Positions 57,365 to 64,000 of a stretch of 64,000 bases of DNA are shown here, piece after piece (positions within the stretch are counted from its first letter, which is position 1; each line of letters opens with the position of its first letter). The stretch lies in the NCBI GenBank assembly GCA_045129775.1, contig JBGUOO010000041.1:1545-65544 (forward strand), in the 5' to 3' direction. The notes beneath the pieces were generated by a model, which saw only the letters and a program-made list of their open reading frames with translations, had not been told where the DNA came from and ran no database searches. The position numbers were made by a program, and so were the translations under genes. This DNA is from Elusimicrobiaceae bacterium (GTDB lineage Bacteria > Elusimicrobiota > Elusimicrobia > Elusimicrobiales > Elusimicrobiaceae).

Positions 57365-57547
57365 TGTACGTCTCCTATAATAGATTTGTTAGGTATATTT
57401 TAGCATTTTTTAACCCCCCCGCCAAATGCGTGTTAAAAAAGGGCCCCAATCTCCCCTATACTTGGATAATTATTCCCCCCATACCTGGGTAATCATAGCC
57501 CTAATTACCCCTGTAATGCCCTTAAAATAGCGTTTAACATTACTAAC

Positions 57548-57569
57548 AAAGTTTTCACGTGAAAACTTT
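57548..57569. promoter_or_regulatory. Perfect 22-bp palindrome (candidate operator)
   Basis: AAAGTTTTCACGTGAAAACTTT is self-complementary; lies upstream of the nifU-like gene. Confidence 0.5.
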
Positions 57570-57630
57570 TTAACTAACCTAAAAAAATTACCCCCTGTCT
57601 AGGCAGGGGGTAACTTGAAACCGTCTTTGC

Positions 57631-58695
57631 TTATTTTTTAAGTCTTTCCCGGATTCTTTCTCTCACTCCTTGTTTGATAGCTTTCCATTGGTTGGTGGTT
57701 AAACCTGCCATACTGGGAATAGGCCGTTCTACCGCAAATTTTCTATCGGGCCTACCACCGGATAACCAAAGATACATATCCGGCTTTTCAAAGCTAGAGC
57801 GTTGCGTGATGAAAGCAAATTTCCCATTTGATCCGACATTTGGATTCGGACTAAAGAAAATAACTTGGGTTTGCGGGTCCAACACTTGTTGGGTGCCATC
57901 TTCCCCCACAATTTTTATACCTGAGGTGGGGATCTCGATCACATACCCAATGTTATCTGAAATAGCGATATCCAAAAAACACGGCGGAGCGGATACTTCC
58001 GGCACCAGGGAGCTGAATAACGCCACATCTTCCGCTAATTCCAAAGCCGAATGATATGTTTTCTCCCGGTATGCATGGAAACCGTCTTCACCACCGAATT
58101 TTTCCACGCGCTCTTTTCTTGCTTGCAAGGCGTCGCGTACGGCTTGGCGATAAGCCTCATATTCTTCGCGCCCGGGCAAGGGTTCTTCTACATAAGGCTC
58201 CCCTGTAGCCATATCAATTCCATCTACAATATCGTCGGAGTCTTGCGTATGAAGGACCGCTTCGCGCACTTTGAGCCGTTCTTTTTCGGCTTGCTCTGCC
58301 AAAAAATCTACCGCGAACTCTTGAACGGGAACAAAAGCTAGGCCACTTTCGTTTTCAGTGGCTTCCACGCGGGCAGGAGTAAGGTCCATCCCGCGGGCGG
58401 CTTTCATTTGCCCGGCCAGTTTAGACGCGGAAACGGGTGGCGGTAATTTGCCGGCCCTTGCCGCCGTGGGCGCCATGGTTTTAACCGTGGGAACACGCGG
58501 CGCTACCGGTACTTTGGGGGCGGACACTGCCGCCTTTGGAACACGCGGTGCTTTGGCGGCACCGGCCACCGGAACTTTTTTCGTTACAGCGGCCTCTACG
58601 GCCTTAGTAACGTTTTTTCCTTTGTTTTGCGCATAAACACAACTGCCGCTTACTATAAGTAAACCTAGCGCAAACACGAATGATTTGTAGTTCAT
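57631..58695 (-). CDS. Hypothetical secreted protein with a Pro/Ala/Lys-rich N-terminal region
   Basis: Signal peptide ending SCVYA; SD AGGAGG; promoter with T12 tract. Confidence 0.8.
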   Translation of the reverse strand: MNYKSFVFALGLLIVSGSCVYAQNKGKNVTKAVEAAVTKKVPVAGAAKAPRVPKAAVSAPKVPVAPRVPTVKTMAPTAARAGKLPPPVSASKLAGQMKAARGMDLTPARVEATENESGLAFVPVQEFAVDFLAEQAEKERLKVREAVLHTQDSDDIVDGIDMATGEPYVEEPLPGREEYEAYRQAVRDALQARKERVEKFGGEDGFHAYREKTYHSALELAEDVALFSSLVPEVSAPPCFLDIAISDNIGYVIEIPTSGIKIVGEDGTQQVLDPQTQVIFFSPNPNVGSNGKFAFITQRSSFEKPDMYLWLSGGRPDRKFAVERPIPSMAGLTTNQWKAIKQGVRERIRERLKK

Positions 58696-58821
58696 AACTA
58701 CCTCCTTTGCAAAATAGGGATACTTATAGTATAGCTAACAAAAAAAAAAAACAAGTCCCAATTTTCCGGGGGCACTTTTCCCGACGAAAAACAGCCCAAA
58801 AATAAAGGCAACAAGCGTGGA

Positions 58822-58847
58822 AGATCCCAAATCAAGTTTGGGATGAC
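58822..58847. repeat. Second REP-type palindrome (GTCATCCC...GGGATC family)
   Basis: Minus strand GTCATCCCAAACTTGATTTGGGATCT; adjacent to the BoxC-like copy. Confidence 0.6.
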
Positions 58848-58859
58848 ATTTTTTTGATA

Positions 58860-58917
58860 CCCCCTCTCTGCGGTGCTAACGCACTCGTTCTCCCCCTCCA
58901 GGGGGGAGAGAAACAAC
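58860..58917. repeat. BoxC/REP-like palindromic element
   Basis: Identical to 5685-5742 over 58 nt. Confidence 0.88.
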
Positions 58918-58932
58918 CGAAGGGAAAAGAAA

Positions 58933-59817
58933 TTACTGCATAATTTGGCGGGCTTTGGCGTCGTCGGGTAAGACCAGTTGGGTGGCTAAATCCGCGAGCC
59001 ACACGCCGCACGGGAAGTCCGACGCGTTTAAGTGTTTTTCATCAATGCCGGTGCGGGCCTTGGCGTGGCAAGTTATTTGGTAGGTGCCGTCGGGCAGGCG
59101 TTTAGGAACTAACAAGCGCGCGCTGAGCAAAAACAGCGAGCCCGCGGCCTGATAGGTTTTATTCATATGATAAAAATACGTATCAATTTGGGTGCCCACT
59201 TTGCGTTGCACCAGGGCTTTGGCACGCCGTAAACCGATATCCTCTACCGGTTTGGCCGGGGTGGGCGATTTTTGGGCACTGGCCGGGCGGGCCGCCGGGG
59301 TTTGGACTTGCTCTTCGGGCGTAAATTCTTCCTGCAATGCCAGTTCACGCTCAATTTCGGCCAGGCGTTTTTCGTCGCGCACCGTCGTATAAGAAAGTTT
59401 AATAAGCCCGCTGTTCTTAACCGCGCCGCGCGGGTCCGTGGTGACCTTGGTCACATTGACTAAATTGGAGTGGGTGACTTTAAGGGTAATTTTTTCGGGC
59501 GAATACTTGCGCGCCACGCCATAGGTGCGAAGTTCGCGCTCAAAATTTTTATTAAAATCCAGCGAGATTTCTTCGTGCTCGCTACGCCAGCAACAGGCCG
59601 AAATACAGCTCTCTTGTAAGTCCAGGCGGTCGGCGGCTTCTTGCGGCCAAAAACGCAACTTAAACTGCACGCATGAGTCGTACTGTTTGCCGTCAAAATC
59701 TACACGCTTGGCGGGTACTTCCAGCCACGGCTTGGTGGTGCTGACGCCCGAGTTATTAAGCGGTGTGTAACACCCGGCTAACCATAACGCTATTGCGCCC
59801 AAAATCACTTTTTTCAT
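58933..59817 (-). CDS. Hypothetical lipoprotein
   Basis: MKKVILGAIALWLAGC lipobox. Confidence 0.8.
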   Translation of the reverse strand: MKKVILGAIALWLAGCYTPLNNSGVSTTKPWLEVPAKRVDFDGKQYDSCVQFKLRFWPQEAADRLDLQESCISACCWRSEHEEISLDFNKNFERELRTYGVARKYSPEKITLKVTHSNLVNVTKVTTDPRGAVKNSGLIKLSYTTVRDEKRLAEIERELALQEEFTPEEQVQTPAARPASAQKSPTPAKPVEDIGLRRAKALVQRKVGTQIDTYFYHMNKTYQAAGSLFLLSARLLVPKRLPDGTYQITCHAKARTGIDEKHLNASDFPCGVWLADLATQLVLPDDAKARQIMQ

Positions 59818-59853
59818 ACACTTTATTATATAAGTTTTACGCAAGGAGTTTTT

Positions 59854-61101
59854 ATGAAGACCATTTTGTATTATGTGCAGCAAATCCCCAACTATCCGGC
59901 GCACTACCACACCTTAACCGCGCAGGTCATTTCCGCCGTGGTATTTATCCTTTTACTGATATTATTAGTAAAAGTATTTACCTATATTTGCAATAATTAT
60001 TTGGCACGCGTGGTCAAATTTTTTAAGGCTGAAAAATGGTTTAACACGCTGACCGAAAAGCGGTTTTTTACGGCACTGGGCATTGTGATTGCCGCCATGG
60101 CCGCCATTGATTTCCACCCGATTTTCATCTCCGAGCAAGTGAATTGGATTGCCACTTTTATGGGCAAGCTGACCGGTACTTTTGTGCTGCTGAGCTTTTC
60201 CTACCTGGGGTTTACGTTCTTAAATACGCTGGATAAACTCTATGGTCGCAACCCCAAAATACCGATAAAGGGCCTGGTGCAAGTATTTAAAATTATTTTG
60301 TTTTTGGCCACCGCGCTATTCTTAATTTCCATTTTACTGGGCCGCAAACCGCTCTACATTATTACTGGGTTGTCCGCGTTGGCGGCGGTGTTTTCGTTAA
60401 TTTTTAAGGACCCGATTTTAGGTTTTGCCGCCAGCATTCAGCTAACGACTAATAACCTCATTAAAATTGGGGACTGGATTACCGTGGACTCGGCCGGGGC
60501 CGACGGGAACATTTTGGATATTTCGCTTACCAGCGTACGTGTGCAAAACTTTGATATGACCATTGTCAGCGTGCCGACGTATGACCTGATTTCCAAACCG
60601 TTTAAAAACTGGAACGGTATGTACGAAGCTAAAGCGCGGCGCATCCAACGCAGTATTTTAATTGATGTGGACACCGTTAAATTTTTGGACGAAGAAATGC
60701 TCAAACGGCTTAAAAAAATTGAGCTCTTAAAAGATTATTTGGAAAGCAAAGAAAAAGAAATCAACGATTTTAATGCCAAGCACAACGTGCACGAAAACGT
60801 GATTAACGGCCGGCACTTAACCAACATTGGCACATTTAGACATTATGCCGAGGAATATTTAAAATCGCGCCCGTTTGTGACGCAGGACGACCCCGGTTTT
60901 ACCTTAATGGTGCGCCAGTTGCCACCCAACGCGCAAGGCATTCCGCTGGAAGTGTACTGCTTTGTAAACACGACGGTGTGGACGGCGTATGAGAGTTTAC
61001 AGTCCGACATTTTTGACCATTTATTCTCGGTACTGCCGGAATTTGGGTTGTATGCGTATCAACAACCCAGTGGAAGGAATTTGAGCAAACTGGTGAAGTA
61101 A
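59854..61101 (+). CDS. Small-conductance mechanosensitive channel (MscS family, YbdG-like)
   Basis: FKDPILGFAASIQL, IGDWI, ADGNILDISLTSVRVQNFD, FKNWNGM, LTNIGTFR, QSDIFDHL. Confidence 0.93.
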   Translation: MKTILYYVQQIPNYPAHYHTLTAQVISAVVFILLLILLVKVFTYICNNYLARVVKFFKAEKWFNTLTEKRFFTALGIVIAAMAAIDFHPIFISEQVNWIATFMGKLTGTFVLLSFSYLGFTFLNTLDKLYGRNPKIPIKGLVQVFKIILFLATALFLISILLGRKPLYIITGLSALAAVFSLIFKDPILGFAASIQLTTNNLIKIGDWITVDSAGADGNILDISLTSVRVQNFDMTIVSVPTYDLISKPFKNWNGMYEAKARRIQRSILIDVDTVKFLDEEMLKRLKKIELLKDYLESKEKEINDFNAKHNVHENVINGRHLTNIGTFRHYAEEYLKSRPFVTQDDPGFTLMVRQLPPNAQGIPLEVYCFVNTTVWTAYESLQSDIFDHLFSVLPEFGLYAYQQPSGRNLSKLVK

Positions 61102-61164
61102 TTTTGTTATAATAAATTATCTTACGGATAGGAGGAAATACCTTAACGTAACTACAATTTGAAA

Positions 61165-61350
61165 CTATTTTTGAACCGTATGTGGAATACGGGAATGCTT
61201 CGCAAGGAGCTTCGGACAAGCCAAAAATAGCCGCTTGAGGCACAACAAGGAACGCGTCTTTGTTGTGCCGAATGTTTCCTATTTTTAAATAGGAAACTAC
61301 GGCTATTTATGGGGTTTTCCTTGTCCGAAGCCCGGTAAACAGCCGTTTTT
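61165..61350 (+). ncRNA. Structured pilin leader, copy F
   Basis: P1 CTATTTTTG 61165-61173 / CAAAAATAG 61222-61230 (compensated A-T pair); terminator 61299-61350. Confidence 0.85.
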
Positions 61351-61394
61351 GTTTGCTTGCCGGGCTCTACCTAGTAAACTAAAGGACAAGAAAA

Positions 61395-61898
61395 ATGAAA
61401 AATAAACAAGCGTTTACGCTGATTGAGTTATTAGTAGTGGTGTTAATTATCGGCATATTGGCGGCGGTAGCCGTGCCACAGTACCGAGTAGCTGTTCGCA
61501 AAGCAGATTTGTCGCGCTATATGGCTTTGGTAAGCGCCGTTTATGAAGCACAACAAGTTTATTATCTTGCTCATGGAAAATATTCTAATAAACTTACAAA
61601 TTTGGATATATCTATGCCCATTACAGAGGAATGTACTCTTTCTACAACCAAAGACAGTGAAGATACCTACTATTGTAACTCTGCAAAGATGGGAATATCT
61701 GATTTAGGAACTAGTATCCAGGCGGGTTCTGATGAAATTCGATATGTAAAATTTTTACAAGACCGAACTGCACATGAAATTACTTTTAAACAAGGAACCA
61801 CCTACTGTTTTGCAAAAGGTGATATTTCCAAAAAAGCATGCCAAGCGTTCGGCGGCAACTTCTTAGGTGAAGCTACGTGGGCCTATTATCAACTGTAA
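61395..61898 (+). CDS. Type IV pilin (PilE-like)
   Basis: A|FTLIELLVVVLIIGILAAVAVPQYR; SD AAGGA. Confidence 0.92.
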   Translation: MKNKQAFTLIELLVVVLIIGILAAVAVPQYRVAVRKADLSRYMALVSAVYEAQQVYYLAHGKYSNKLTNLDISMPITEECTLSTTKDSEDTYYCNSAKMGISDLGTSIQAGSDEIRYVKFLQDRTAHEITFKQGTTYCFAKGDISKKACQAFGGNFLGEATWAYYQL

Positions 61899-61917
61899 CT
61901 TGTGTTAGGCCCGTTGT

Positions 61918-62847
61918 TTATTTTCTATGCAAATTGACAAAGGCGGCGGCCTCTATGCCCGCCTTCGCCCCACTGCCCGCGGCAATAATCGCTTGGCGGT
62001 AATACTTGTCGGCGCAGTCCCCGGCGGCAAAAATGCCGTCAATGGTGGTGTGCGTGCGCTCGTCAGCCAGCACCAGGCCGTTATCGGCCAGGGCCACTAA
62101 AGAATCTTTCAAAAATGCGGTTTGCGGGTCCGCTCCGATTGCCACAAATACGCCTTGGCACTCAATATCTTGCGTGGCCCCGGTTTGCACGTTTTTCACA
62201 CGCATGCCCGTGACAGCGCTGTCACCCAATAAGGCTTCGGGCACGCTGTTAAGCACAAATTTAATGTGCGGGTTTTTTTGCGCTTGTTCTACGGTTACTT
62301 GGTCGGCGCGGAACGCGTCGCGGCGGTGGATTAAATTCACTTCGGGGCAGAACTGCGCCAGGAAAAGCGCGTCTTCAAACGCGGTGTTCCCCCCGCCCAC
62401 TACGCACACTTTTTTACCGCGCATAAAAAAACCGTCACACGTGGCACAGGCCGAAAGACCGTGACCTTTAAATTTATCTTCGCCGGGCAGACCCAGCCAC
62501 CGCGCCTTGGCACCCGTGGCAATAATGACCGCCACCGCACTATATTGTTTGCCGCCCGTGGTGGTCAGCGTAAAAGGCGAGTGTTCGCCCTCAATTTTAG
62601 AAATTTCGTCGGTAGAAAATTCCACACCCAGGCGTTTGCACTGCTTGTGCATATTGTCCATAATTTCAAAACCGCCCACGGGGTTTACAAAGCCCGCGTA
62701 GTTTTCCAATTCGCTGGTCTGCAAAAGTTGACCGCCCGGCACCGCACCACCGCAAATAAGCGGCTTTAGCCCGGCACGCACGGCATAAATGGCCGCACTG
62801 CACCCGGCAGGGCCGGCCCCAATGATAATTAAATCGCGTTCGTTCAT
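61918..62847 (-). CDS. trxB: Thioredoxin reductase
   Basis: IIGAGPAG, SACATCDG CxxC, VVGGGNTA, FAAGDC. Confidence 0.96.
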   Translation of the reverse strand: MNERDLIIIGAGPAGCSAAIYAVRAGLKPLICGGAVPGGQLLQTSELENYAGFVNPVGGFEIMDNMHKQCKRLGVEFSTDEISKIEGEHSPFTLTTTGGKQYSAVAVIIATGAKARWLGLPGEDKFKGHGLSACATCDGFFMRGKKVCVVGGGNTAFEDALFLAQFCPEVNLIHRRDAFRADQVTVEQAQKNPHIKFVLNSVPEALLGDSAVTGMRVKNVQTGATQDIECQGVFVAIGADPQTAFLKDSLVALADNGLVLADERTHTTIDGIFAAGDCADKYYRQAIIAAGSGAKAGIEAAAFVNLHRK

Positions 62848-63395
62848 TTGTTAAACTCCTTTTGTAATTGTTGGTAAAATTCTACCGGAAAGCCCACCAC
62901 GTTGGTTTTGCTACCCACTATACGCTCAATGAAAGGGTCCTCGTCATCTTGCACGGCGTACGCGCCGGCTTTGTCCATGTGTTTGCCTGCATAATGGGCC
63001 AGCTCTTGCGCGGGCAGGCGGCGGGCTTTGCAATGGCTGACATCGTAACCATAGACAATTTGGTGCGTGTTTTTGCACACAATACACACACCCGTGTAAA
63101 CGCTTTGCCACGCACCGTTTAATTTTTTTAAGATGCGCAAGGCGTCTTGCTTGTCGCGCGGTTTGCCGATAATTTCCCCTTTGCAAAAAACCAGTGTATC
63201 CGCGCCGATAACCGTGGCGGCGGGGTATTTGTTGGCTACGTCAAAGGCCTTTTGGGTGGCCAGTTCCACCACGCGCGCCGAGGGGCGCTTTTTAGTGCTG
63301 TGCTCCGCGCATTGGGAAGGGATAATTTCAAATTTTTTCCCTAAACTTTTTAAGATTTCAATGCGCCGCGGCGACTTGGAAGCTAAAATGAGCAT
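62844..63395 (-). CDS. maf: Maf-family nucleoside triphosphate pyrophosphatase
   Basis: LILASKSPRR, IGADTLV, IIGKP, DKAGAYAVQ, NVVGFP. Confidence 0.93.
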   Translation of the reverse strand: MLILASKSPRRIEILKSLGKKFEIIPSQCAEHSTKKRPSARVVELATQKAFDVANKYPAATVIGADTLVFCKGEIIGKPRDKQDALRILKKLNGAWQSVYTGVCIVCKNTHQIVYGYDVSHCKARRLPAQELAHYAGKHMDKAGAYAVQDDEDPFIERIVGSKTNVVGFPVEFYQQLQKEFNK

Positions 63396-63397
63396 AC

Positions 63398-63616
63398 TTA
63401 TTTTTTCACAAATTTGGCGATAATGACGTAGCCGATAATCAGCCCTAAAAGACCGCAAATGCTAAGCGTAGCACTAATCGGGTGGATACCCACCGTGTAA
63501 GTGCGCGTAAACACCCAGCCGATTTTATCGGGCAAGAAATTACAGCAATACTCCAGGCCCAGGGCAATCACGCCGCCTAAGATAAAGGTTAAAAGGGCAA
63601 AAACAATACCTTTCAT
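63398..63616 (-). CDS. Small membrane protein (DUF4321-like)
   Basis: 72 aa, two hydrophobic helices; position upstream of maf. Confidence 0.65.
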   Translation of the reverse strand: MKGIVFALLTFILGGVIALGLEYCCNFLPDKIGWVFTRTYTVGIHPISATLSICGLLGLIIGYVIIAKFVKK

Positions 63617-63644
63617 AAGAAAACTCCTATAAAATTCCGTTTTT

Positions 63645-64000
63645 CTAACTTAATGTTATTGTATCTTTTTTAATGGGGATTGGGGCGTTTTGTTTGCCGT
63701 CTTCCCGGTCCGTTAAACTGCGGCGCATGGCAAAAAACCCCAGCCCGGCAAGTACCGCCACCGCGCCCACTACGAGCCACGGCAAGGCTAGCCACGTGGG
63801 GGCTAAAGCGTCACTTAACACCCCCGCCATAAAAAACCCGGCCGCCGAGCCAAAGTTGTAAAACACCATGAGCATGCCTAAGTAGCGGCCGCGGGTTTCG
63901 CGGCTGGCGATATTGGAAACGAGGGTCTGCTCGCCGGGGGATACAATAAGTTCCCCCACCCCGGCTAAAAATACACCCAGGCCAATTAAATAAAACGAAT
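63645..64000 (-). CDS. MFS transporter, C-terminal part (truncated by window edge)
   Basis: GELIVSP, RGRYLGM, hydrophobic helices typical of the MFS C-domain. Confidence 0.85.
   Translation of the reverse strand, partial: SFYLIGLGVFLAGVGELIVSPGEQTLVSNIASRETRGRYLGMLMVFYNFGSAAGFFMAGVLSDALAPTWLALPWLVVGAVAVLAGLGFFAMRRSLTDREDGKQNAPIPIKKDTITLS

Noticed and set aside
9601-61350. CRISPR array, integron attC cassettes, or shufflon/invertible promoters as the explanation for the repeats
   Set aside because: Copies are kb apart with no constant spacers, there are no RYYYAAC/GTTRRRY attC ends, no inverted repeats flank the promoters, and no cas, integrase or invertase gene is present.
4952-61898. Diversity-generating retroelement acting on pilin C-termini
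   Set aside because: No reverse transcriptase, and no template/variable repeat pair differing only at adenines is visible in the window.

Overview
A 64-kb chromosomal window from an anaerobic Gram-negative bacterium (lpxK, OmpA, porin, secretin, HydG). It is most likely Elusimicrobiota; this is inferred from the many dispersed PilE-like pilin genes, a published trait of Elusimicrobium minutum. The backbone is housekeeping: dxr-rseP-ispG-proS, lpxK, tRNA-Ala(CGC), asnS, uppS, smpB, hydG, pckA, an aminotransferase, tRNA-Ser(CGA), dut, ftsA-like, typA, trxB and maf. There is one large type IV pilus/T2SS-like operon (about 26.8-43.9 kb, minus strand) and several lineage-specific secreted proteins. 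Eight intact stand-alone pilin genes are scattered between housekeeping genes and fall into two regulatory classes. Six (all + strand) follow a promoter and a ~200-290 nt structured leader that I cannot assign to any RNA family I know. The leader shows compensatory base changes, G-U wobbles on the sense strand, mutually exclusive P1/antiterminator/terminator helices and a downstream hairpin over the RBS or start codon. This candidate novel riboswitch or attenuator is the main finding. The other two pilins (- strand) have a poly-T tract in the -35/-10 spacer, suggesting phase variation. Also present are BoxC/REP-like palindromes (some in-frame in prepilin leader peptides), nested MITE-like hairpins and a DnaA-box cluster (possible oriC). 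I see no CRISPR array, transposase, integrase or reverse transcriptase. All structures were folded by eye, and no database searches were run.
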